This document shows, in pieces, positions 8,066 to 15,294 of a DNA stretch of 20,000 nucleotides. The position numbers and the translations under genes were made by a program. The notes under the pieces were generated by a model that saw only the letters and a program-made list of their open reading frames with translations, was not told the DNA's origin and ran no database searches. Position 1 is the first letter of the stretch. Each line of letters starts with the position of its first letter. The stretch lies in the NCBI GenBank assembly GCA_040882355.1, contig JBBEBM010000059.1:57299-77298 (forward strand), in the 5' to 3' direction. The stretch comes from Dehalococcoidia bacterium. GTDB lineage: Bacteria > Chloroflexota > Dehalococcoidia > DSTF01 > RBG-16-68-14.

Positions 8066-8979
8066 AGTACGCAACAGCGGGCGCTTTCCGTACTGCGCTT
8101 GAGCAGCGATTGGCGAACCTTGCGCGGGAGACGGGTGTTCCGCTCCTTCGCCTGCGCAAGCTGGTAGTCTTCGATCGCCTGCTCGCGCGCCTCATCGCCG
8201 TCGCGCCGGATCGGTTCGTTCTCAAGGGAGCGGTCGCGCTGCACCTGCGCGTCGGAGCCGGGTTCCGAACCACGAAGGACGTCGACCTCGGGCGGCAAGA
8301 CAATGAGGAGGCAGCGAATGCCGACTTCCTCGCAGCGCCAGCGATTGACCTCGGCGACCACTTCGGATTCGATATCCGGCGCACGGGTCGACTCGACACT
8401 ACGATTGAGGGCACGGCCGTGCGCTACCATGCGACGGCCGAACTCGCTGGACGCCCTTTCGAAGAGATTTCGGTGGATGTTTCCTTCGGTGACCCGCCGG
8501 GCGCTCAACCAGACCTCGTGAGAGGGCTCGATCTGTTGGGTTTCGCGGGTATCCCGCCGGTTGAGGTTCCATCGTTGCCGTTGGAGCAGCACGTTGCTGA
8601 GAAGGTTCACGCGTATACGCGCACCTACGGCGTCGGCGAGGCCAGCACTCGTGTCAAAGACCTGATCGACCTCGTCATGATCGAGTCATCATTCGACTTC
8701 CTGGCCGGTCGTCTTCGCCTAGCGCTCCAAGCGACCTTTGACGCGCGCGCGAGCCATCCCGTGCCCGCAAAGCTCCCTCCTCCGCCGCACGAGTGGCGGA
8801 CCGCGTATCGCCGGATGGCCGCCGAAGTTGGGCTGGATCTGGACGTGGCCGTCGGGTATGGGCAGGCCGGAGCATTCCTTGATCCTGTTCTTGCCCAGAC
8901 AGTGGCGGATGACTCGCATTGGAACCCTAACCGGCAAGCCTGGCAGGCGGCCCGGCATAAGTCGGAGGACGACGTTTGA
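8062..8979 (+). CDS. abiEii: Type IV TA toxin, AbiEii/AbiGii-family nucleotidyltransferase
   Basis: Motifs YATAGAFRTALEQRL, FDRLLARL, VLKGAVAL, RTTKDVD (NTase DxD), AEKVHAY and STRVKDLIDL. Confidence 0.9.
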   Translation: MKYATAGAFRTALEQRLANLARETGVPLLRLRKLVVFDRLLARLIAVAPDRFVLKGAVALHLRVGAGFRTTKDVDLGRQDNEEAANADFLAAPAIDLGDHFGFDIRRTGRLDTTIEGTAVRYHATAELAGRPFEEISVDVSFGDPPGAQPDLVRGLDLLGFAGIPPVEVPSLPLEQHVAEKVHAYTRTYGVGEASTRVKDLIDLVMIESSFDFLAGRLRLALQATFDARASHPVPAKLPPPPHEWRTAYRRMAAEVGLDLDVAVGYGQAGAFLDPVLAQTVADDSHWNPNRQAWQAARHKSEDDV

Positions 8980-8988
8980 TGTGTAGTC

Positions 8989-9102
8989 TAGACGGCTCCC
9001 GCGGTCCCGTGCCCTCCCTCACTGCGGCGCCGGCGTCGCGGTCGCGCTTGGCGTGGGCGTGGCGGGCGGGGGTTGGTGATCGCGGCTCCGATGCCGGCGG
9101 CG
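8989..9102. repeat. Degenerate direct repeat, copy 2 (partner at 7167-7286)
   Basis: Same blocks as copy 1. The minus strand reads ...PPATPTPSATATPAPQ* (TGA at 9019-9021) and is frameshifted relative to copy 1 by loss of about 4 nt after the AAITNP codons. Confidence 0.8.
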
Positions 9103-9155
9103 ACCGTTCAGGGGCGTGCTGTCACATCTCGACTTGCAGTTTGTCGTCGCCCGCG

Positions 9156-9164
9156 TGGTAGGAT
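9156..9164 (+). promoter_or_regulatory. Putative extended -10 (TGgTAGGAT) of a leaderless promoter
   Basis: TG-n-TAGGAT ends 7 nt before ATG 9172, with no Shine-Dalgarno. Confidence 0.5.
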
Positions 9165-9171
9165 TCGCTCC

Positions 9172-10881
9172 ATGAGCACGCTCCGCCGGCCCGGCCGTGC
9201 GCCGCTCCGCAGCGCACCGCTCCTCCTGATCTTCGCCCTCGCTGCGCTCATCGCGCTGGCGTGCGGAGGCGACTCCGACTCGTCCGACGCTACCGAGGAG
9301 GCTGGGTCCGGCACGCCCGCGGACAGCGGGCAGACGGTCGGTCTCTTCGAGAACGACTCCGATTCGTTCCGGGGCTATACGCTTTTCACGCCACTGGAGT
9401 ACGGCGAGACCTACCTGCTGGACAACGAAGGCCAGCTCGTTCACTCCTGGGAGACCCCGGACGCCCTGAGCGGCGTGCTCCAGGAGGATGGCACGCTCGT
9501 AACGACTACAGAGATCGACGCACCGAGCGACGACCTGTTCATCGGCGGCGGAACGGGCGCCGTCACGACCTACGACTGGGACGGGACAGTCCTCTGGCGG
9601 TACGAGTACTCGGACGCCGGGCACCGCCTCCACCACGACGCGACGGTGCTGCCCAACGGGAACGTGCTGATGCTCGCCTTCGAAGTGAAGACGGCCGAGC
9701 AAGCGATCGCGGCCGGAAGGGACCCCGCGCTGCTGGACGAGGACGTCCTGCTCACTGAGACGATCATCGAGGTGGCGCACACCGGCGCCACCTCGGGTGA
9801 CATCGTGTGGAAGTGGGACGTGTGGGACCACCTCATCCAGGACTTCGACGCCACCAAGAGCAACTACGGCGTCGTAGGCGAGCACCCCGAGCTCGTGGAC
9901 ATCAACTTCACGGATCCCGGCCAGCCCGGCGAGCGGGACTGGCTGCACGCGAACTCGGTCGCGTATAACCCGGAACTCGATCAGATCGCGATGAGTATTC
10001 GCCACACGAGTGAGCTCTGGATGATCGACCACAGCACAACGACCGCCGAGGCTACCGGCCATGCCGCGGGCCGGTCCGACAAAGGCGGCGACCTGCTCTA
10101 CCGCTGGGGCAACCCAGCGGCTTACCGGGCGGGTACGGCCTCGGACCAACAGTCGTTCTACCAGCATGACGCCCACTGGATCGCGGACGGCCTGGACGGC
10201 TCGGGCGACATCCTCTTCTACAACAACGGACCGCGCCTGGACAGCGCGTACTCGACGGTCACGCAGATCACCCCTCCGGTGGATGATGACGGCAACTACA
10301 CGCTTGAGGAGGGCGAGGCGTACGGGCCTGTGGAGCCGACGTGGTCTTACGAGGCGCCCAACCGCACCGACTTCTACGCGCGCTTCATCTCGAGCGCGCG
10401 GCGATTGCCGAACGGCAACACCTTCATCGACGAAGGCGCGACGGGGACGTTCTTCGAAGTGACGGAGGACGGCGACATCGTCTGGGAGTACATCAGCCCG
10501 GTTGGCCCAAAGGGGCCGCTGGTGCAAGGCCAGGTGCCGCATGACAACGGCGTCCGGGCCGACAACGTAGTGTTTCGAGCGTATCGCTATGCTCCGGACT
10601 TTCCTGGTCTCGCCGGACGCGACCTGACGCCGGGCGATCCACTGGAAACGGATACGGATGGTGATGGCGCGTCCGACCTGGCGGAGCTGGGCTACTACGG
10701 CTCGGATCCAGCCGATACGGACACGGATGACGACGGCTACTCGGACGGCGAAGAGGGAACGGTCGGCTCGGACCCCACCGATCCGCTCAGCACGCCGGTC
10801 ACCGTGACGCCGACGCCAACTCCTCCCGGGCCGACGGCGACGGCCACACCCGAGCCGACGGCCACTCCTGTCCCTGGTTGA
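9172..10881 (+). CDS. Aryl-sulfate sulfotransferase (ASST)-family lipoprotein with TSP3-like Ca-binding repeats and a Pro/Thr tail
   Basis: Start moved to ATG 9172, giving a signal peptide with lipobox ...ALAC. Motifs GYTLF, LHHDA, DWLHANSV, DLLYRWGNP, QHDAHW, ISSARRLPNGNTFI and VFRAYRY. C-terminal DTDGDGASD / DTDDDGYSDGEE repeats and a TPTPTPPGPTATATPEPTATPVPG tail. Confidence 0.82.
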   Translation: MSTLRRPGRAPLRSAPLLLIFALAALIALACGGDSDSSDATEEAGSGTPADSGQTVGLFENDSDSFRGYTLFTPLEYGETYLLDNEGQLVHSWETPDALSGVLQEDGTLVTTTEIDAPSDDLFIGGGTGAVTTYDWDGTVLWRYEYSDAGHRLHHDATVLPNGNVLMLAFEVKTAEQAIAAGRDPALLDEDVLLTETIIEVAHTGATSGDIVWKWDVWDHLIQDFDATKSNYGVVGEHPELVDINFTDPGQPGERDWLHANSVAYNPELDQIAMSIRHTSELWMIDHSTTTAEATGHAAGRSDKGGDLLYRWGNPAAYRAGTASDQQSFYQHDAHWIADGLDGSGDILFYNNGPRLDSAYSTVTQITPPVDDDGNYTLEEGEAYGPVEPTWSYEAPNRTDFYARFISSARRLPNGNTFIDEGATGTFFEVTEDGDIVWEYISPVGPKGPLVQGQVPHDNGVRADNVVFRAYRYAPDFPGLAGRDLTPGDPLETDTDGDGASDLAELGYYGSDPADTDTDDDGYSDGEEGTVGSDPTDPLSTPVTVTPTPTPPGPTATATPEPTATPVPG

Positions 10882-10929
10882 CGGCGGCCCCGCGCCCACC
10901 ACCGCGACATCGACGCCGGCCGTGCTCAG
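10882..10929 (-). pseudogene. Possible N-terminal relic of an FAD-dependent oxidoreductase
   Basis: The minus strand reads LSTAGVDVAVVGAGPP, the start of a Rossmann motif (DVAVVGAGP at 10885-10911). It breaks off at the ASST stop codon. Confidence 0.4.
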
Positions 10930-11157
10930 TTGCGCCCTCGCGGTCGAGGAGGTGCGGGTGGCGCGAGTGAGGCAGCAGTACAGGTGTTCCATGCGATGGG
11001 CGGAGTGCGCCGGGCACCGCTGCTCGCTGTGGCCGGCGACTTCCGGTTCGCCGGCGCGTCGGCATGCGTGAGGAGTGGAGCGGCTCGTGTAGCGGCGCGC
11101 GGCTTGAGGCGGGTTGCTGGTATGACGCGCACGTCGGAGGCGCACCTGCGCCAGCCC

Positions 11158-12819
11158 CTACACCTCAACCGTCACCGGCAGCACCATCGGTCGGCGGTGC
11201 GTCTCGTTGTAGAGGAACTGCGCGATGGCGTCCTTCACCTTCGTGTTAACGACACCCCACTCTGCGATGTGATCGGCGCCTTTCAGCGCCGCGATCACCA
11301 TATCCCGGGTCGTCTGCATGAGATCTTCCGACTCCTCGATGTCTACGAACCCACGGGATAGTACTTCCGGCTGACCCACAAGCCGCCCGGTCTTCTTCTC
11401 GATGGCCAGGATGACCACGACCATGCCGTCGGTGGCCAGATGGTGCCGGTCGCGCAAAATCAGGTGGTCGATGTCTCCGACGCCGAGGCCGTCAACATAT
11501 ACGTAGTCGGCCGGGACGTGTCCTGCCAGGCGGGCGCTCCGCTGGTCGAGTTCGAGCACGTCGCCGTCAACCATCACAAAGATGTTCTCATCGGGCATGC
11601 CCATCGTCTTCGCCAGATCAGCGTGGAGGACCATGTGCCGGTACTCGCCGTGGATCGGCACGAAATACGTTGGCCGCACGAGGGAGTGAACGATCTTCAA
11701 CTCCTCCTGGGCCGCGTGACCGCGCACATGCACATTGGCGATCCGGTTGTAGAGCACACTGGCGCCCAGCTTGAATAGATTGTCGACGGTGCGGTAGACG
11801 AGCGATTCGTTACCCGGCACCGCGCTTGCGGAGTAGACAACGGTATCACCGGGAACAATCGTCACTTGGCGGTGGTCCTGGTTCGCCATGCGGGTTAGCG
11901 CCGACGTCGGCTCGCCCTGGCTGCCCGTCGTAACGATGGTAAGCTTGTTGTGTGGGATCTTGGCAAGCTCGCGGAGGCCCACCATCATGTCTTTCGGCGC
12001 CTGCAGGTACCCCATCTCGAACGCCATCTTGACGTTGTTTTCCATGCTGCGTCCGGTCACGAAGACCCGCCGCCCCGTCGCTGCCGCGCCGTCGATCACC
12101 TGCTGGATGCGCGAAATGAGCGACGCGAACGTTGTGACGATGACGCGCCCCGAGGCGGTCGCCATGATGTTGCGCAGCGCCTCCCCGACGAGCTGCTCTG
12201 ATGGTGTGAAGCCGGGGATCTCCGAATACGTGGAGTCGCCGAGGAGCAGCAGGACGCCCTGCCGGCCGTACTCGGCGAGCTTGGGCAGATCCGTCCGCTG
12301 CGACATCACCGGCGTATGGTCCAGCTTGAAGTCGCCCGTGTGGATGACAACGCCGACGGGCGTCGTGATGGCGAGACCGGTCGAGTCGGGTACGCTGTGC
12401 GCCACGCTGAACGGCTCGACGGTGAACGGCCCCTCGCGTACGGAGTCGCCCGGGTTGATCACATGCACCCGGGCGTTCTTGATCTTGGCTTCCGTGAGCT
12501 TGACCCGTACAAGACCCGCCGTGAGCGGCGAGCAGTACACCGGCACGTTAATCTGATGCAGGATGTACGGCAGGGCGCCGATGTGGTCCTCGTGGCCGTG
12601 GGTGAGGAAGATCGCGTTAAGCCGCTTGCGGCCTTCGGTGACGTAGCTGATGTTCGGGATTACGAGATCGATCCCGAGCATGTCTTCCTCTGGGAACATC
12701 AGCCCGGCGTCGACGGCGATGATCGCGTCCCCGTATTCGAGGAGCATCATGTTCTTGCCGATCTCGCCGAGCCCGCCGAGCGGGATTACGCGGAGCTTCT
12801 TCTTGCCGTCCCTTGCCAT
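11158..12819 (-). CDS. rnj: Ribonuclease J (beta-CASP metallo-beta-lactamase)
   Basis: Start MARDGKKKLRVIPLGGLGEIGKNM with a GAGG RBS. Motifs THGHEDHIG, HSVPD, HTGDFK, DST, FAS, TGSQGEP, PIHGE and the C-terminal RRPMVLPV. Confidence 0.95.
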   Translation of the reverse strand: MARDGKKKLRVIPLGGLGEIGKNMMLLEYGDAIIAVDAGLMFPEEDMLGIDLVIPNISYVTEGRKRLNAIFLTHGHEDHIGALPYILHQINVPVYCSPLTAGLVRVKLTEAKIKNARVHVINPGDSVREGPFTVEPFSVAHSVPDSTGLAITTPVGVVIHTGDFKLDHTPVMSQRTDLPKLAEYGRQGVLLLLGDSTYSEIPGFTPSEQLVGEALRNIMATASGRVIVTTFASLISRIQQVIDGAAATGRRVFVTGRSMENNVKMAFEMGYLQAPKDMMVGLRELAKIPHNKLTIVTTGSQGEPTSALTRMANQDHRQVTIVPGDTVVYSASAVPGNESLVYRTVDNLFKLGASVLYNRIANVHVRGHAAQEELKIVHSLVRPTYFVPIHGEYRHMVLHADLAKTMGMPDENIFVMVDGDVLELDQRSARLAGHVPADYVYVDGLGVGDIDHLILRDRHHLATDGMVVVILAIEKKTGRLVGQPEVLSRGFVDIEESEDLMQTTRDMVIAALKGADHIAEWGVVNTKVKDAIAQFLYNETHRRPMVLPVTVEV

Positions 12820-12957
12820 GTGCCTCAGTTCGAAGTTTCGGGAAACGTTCTTAGAGCCTTCATGATCACGCGCGGACACCTGACCTTCGGTCGTCCAACT
12901 GTCCGGTCCGCAGGAGCTGCTCCGGCGGGTGATGCCGTGCATCGGTACGGCATCTGG

Positions 12958-13018
12958 TTGGCATTCAGGCAAGCCTGTCTTATACTGGCTGTTAAGCAAT
13001 ACTGTACATGTGTTCAGT
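12958..13018 (+). promoter_or_regulatory. Sigma70-type promoter TTGGCA-N17-TATACT with a downstream imperfect palindrome (candidate operator)
   Basis: -35 at 12958-12963 and -10 at 12981-12986. ACTGTACA-TG-TGTTCAGT at 13001-13018 has 7 of 8 arm positions matching. Confidence 0.6.
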
Positions 13019-13029
13019 GGGGTGGGTCA

Positions 13030-13593
13030 ATGGAAACGGCGATGAAGACGAAGCAGCTCCAGATCGGCGAGGAGGTCCGGCGCTTGCGAACGGCTCTCGG
13101 CATGTCCGTGCGAACGCTTGCCGCGCGGGCAGAGTTCTCGCCTAGCTTCATCTCTCAGATGGAGCACAATCAGGTCTCTCCGTCGATAGCCTCGCTGGAG
13201 CGGATCGCAGCCGTCCTTGGTGTAACGCTCGCTGGCCTGCTCGCTCCGTCGGCGCGAAACCCGGGCGCCGTCGTGCGGGCCTCGGACCGGCAGCGACTCG
13301 CCAGCTCGTGGTCAAGGGCTCGGATCGAAGCCCTGGGCGGCTCGACCAAGCAGGAGGCCGTCATGATCACCATCGCAGCTGGCGGACGCAGTGGTAGAGA
13401 CCCAACGAACCACCCCGGAGAGGAGTTCGGCCTGGTGTTCGAGGGCACCGTGTCCTTCACGCTGGGCGAAGACGTGCATCACTTGGAGCGGGGCGATTCA
13501 GTCAGCTTCTCCTCCGAGACACCCCATCTGTGGGAGAATTCCGGTTCGGAGGCGGCGAAGATTGCCATCGTCTCGCCGCGCTTTACTCACTAG
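13030..13593 (+). CDS. XRE-family HTH plus cupin transcriptional regulator
   Basis: HTH_3 segment IGEEVRRLR...MSVRTLAARAEFSPSFISQMEHNQVSPSIASLERIA and cupin segment HPGEEFGLVFEG...GDSVSFSSETPHLWEN. Start at ATG 13030 or 13042; the longer ORF-track extension overlaps rnj. Confidence 0.92.
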   Translation: METAMKTKQLQIGEEVRRLRTALGMSVRTLAARAEFSPSFISQMEHNQVSPSIASLERIAAVLGVTLAGLLAPSARNPGAVVRASDRQRLASSWSRARIEALGGSTKQEAVMITIAAGGRSGRDPTNHPGEEFGLVFEGTVSFTLGEDVHHLERGDSVSFSSETPHLWENSGSEAAKIAIVSPRFTH

Positions 13594-13624
13594 TCGCTGG
13601 TTACGAGGAGTAGCAGGAGCAGAC

Positions 13625-15241
13625 GTGTCAATCACAGCGCCTACCGCCGATCCGACGAAGACGGACCTTGCGCGCGAAGTGGCGCGAAGGCGCACCTTCG
13701 CGATCATCTCACATCCCGACGCCGGCAAGACCACGCTGACCGAAAAGCTGCTGCTCTATGCCGGAGCTATTGAGATGGCCGGAGCTGTCCGGGCGCGCCG
13801 GAACCAGCGACACACGACGTCCGACTGGATGGCCATGGAGCAAGAGCGGGGTATCTCCGTCACCGCCTCGGCGCTGGAAATGGAGTATCGCGGCTTTCGC
13901 TTGAACCTCCTCGACACGCCGGGGCACCAAGACTTTAGCGAGGACACATACCGGACGCTGACGGCAGCGGACAGCGCGGTCATGGTGCTGGACAGCGCCA
14001 AGGGTATCGAGTCACAGACCGTAAAGCTGTTCCACGCCTGCCGCATGCGGCGGATCCCCATCCTAACGTTCATCAACAAGTTGGACCACCCCGGTCGCGA
14101 CCCGCTGGATCTGCTCGATGAGATCGAGCGGGTACTCGGGATCGCGCCCGCACCGGTGAACTGGCCCATCGGGGACGGCGCCTGGTTTCAGGGTGTGTAC
14201 GATCTCGGCCGCCGCGAAGTCTTGCGTTTTCAGCGGGCCGAGCACGTGCGGGGTCGGACATCCGTAAAGATAGCGGGGCTTGACGACCCGAAGCTCCCCT
14301 CGCTGCTTGGGGAGCACGCAGCCCAAAAGCTCCGAGAGGACGCGGACCTTCTGGCTGGCGCCGGCAGCGCGTTCGGCGAAGCGCGCTTTCTGACCGGCGA
14401 CCTCACGCCGGTCTTTTTCGGCAGCGCCCTGAACAACTTTGGTGTAGAGCCGTTCCTCGAGGCGCTCCTGACCCTCGCACCCGCGCCGTCCGCTCGCGAC
14501 ACCGATCGCGGCCCCATTGCCCCCATCGAAGAGGCCTTCTCCGGGTTCATCTTCAAGATCCAGGCCAACATGGACCCGCGGCATCGGGACCGGATGGCCT
14601 TTCTGCGTGTCTGCTCCGGCCGCTTTCAGAAGGACATGACAGTCCTCAACCCGCGCCGTGGGCGTCCCGTGCGTCTCTCTCGCGCCTACCGCCTGTTTGC
14701 AAGAGATCGCGAACCGATTGAGGAAGCCTTCCCCGGCGACGTGATCGGCGTCATCAACCCCGGTGTCTTCGCCATCGGAGACACCATCACCGCGGGCGAA
14801 GCCGCGCAGTATCCGGCGATCCCGCGCTTCCCGCTTGAGCACTTCGCCACGATCGTCAACAAGGACATCGGTCGTTACAAGCAGTTTCACAGAGGCCTGG
14901 CGCAGCTCGAAGAGGAGGGTGCCGTTCAAGTGCTGTACAACGCGGGCGGAGCCCGGCGCGACTCCATCCTCGGAGCGGTCGGCGAACTCCAGTTCGACGT
15001 TGTGTTGGCGCGTTTGAAAGATGAGTACGGCGTGGAGGCACAGCTCGAGCGGCTGCCATTCACGTGCGCACGCTGGGTCAGCGGCTCGGAGGACGCGCTC
15101 GAACGCCTGGTTTCCTCAAGCCGTGGCACGCTCCGTTGCGCGGACCGCGCCGGACGTTCCGTGCTATTGTTCCGCTCAGCCTGGGACCTGGAATTCTGCC
15201 AAAGGGAGAACCCCGGACTTGCGTTCTCCGAGATGGGTTAG
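13625..15241 (+). CDS. prfC: Peptide chain release factor 3
   Basis: Motifs RRRTFAIISHPDAGKTTLTEKLLLYAGAI, SDWMAMEQERGISV, DTPGHQDFSEDTYR, NKLD, FKIQANMDPRHRDR and GAVGELQFDV. GTG 13625 follows an AGGAG RBS. Confidence 0.96.
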   Translation: MSITAPTADPTKTDLAREVARRRTFAIISHPDAGKTTLTEKLLLYAGAIEMAGAVRARRNQRHTTSDWMAMEQERGISVTASALEMEYRGFRLNLLDTPGHQDFSEDTYRTLTAADSAVMVLDSAKGIESQTVKLFHACRMRRIPILTFINKLDHPGRDPLDLLDEIERVLGIAPAPVNWPIGDGAWFQGVYDLGRREVLRFQRAEHVRGRTSVKIAGLDDPKLPSLLGEHAAQKLREDADLLAGAGSAFGEARFLTGDLTPVFFGSALNNFGVEPFLEALLTLAPAPSARDTDRGPIAPIEEAFSGFIFKIQANMDPRHRDRMAFLRVCSGRFQKDMTVLNPRRGRPVRLSRAYRLFARDREPIEEAFPGDVIGVINPGVFAIGDTITAGEAAQYPAIPRFPLEHFATIVNKDIGRYKQFHRGLAQLEEEGAVQVLYNAGGARRDSILGAVGELQFDVVLARLKDEYGVEAQLERLPFTCARWVSGSEDALERLVSSSRGTLRCADRAGRSVLLFRSAWDLEFCQRENPGLAFSEMG

Positions 15242-15294
15242 ACCGAAGGTAGTCGAAACTAGCAGCTATCAGTAAGACGAAGACAGGAGGCTCT

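Noticed and set aside
10640..10881. Repetitive ACG/CCG-rich DNA as a possible CRISPR array or tandem repeat
   Set aside because: It is explained by the coding of DxDxDG repeats and the Pro/Thr linker. There is no constant repeat-spacer period.
9019..11145. 708-aa minus-strand ORF
   Set aside because: It is mostly the antisense shadow of the ASST gene. Only its two ends (the DVAVVGAGP relic and the PT tail) look meaningful, and those are reported separately.
12316..13029. N-terminal extension of the XRE ORF (425 aa) and the 60-aa extension of RNase J
   Set aside because: They overlap the opposite gene or the divergent promoter region. Domain boundaries and RBS/promoter positions support starts at 13030 and 12819.
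13391..13624. 78-aa N-terminal extension of RF3
   Set aside because: It overlaps the XRE gene. The RBS and family N-terminus support GTG 13625.
12883..15250. 10-bp GACCGAAGGT upstream of both rnj (minus strand, 12883-12892) and fbp (15241-15250)
   Set aside because: Some 10-bp matches are expected by chance in 20 kb, and the other short shared words are not collinear.
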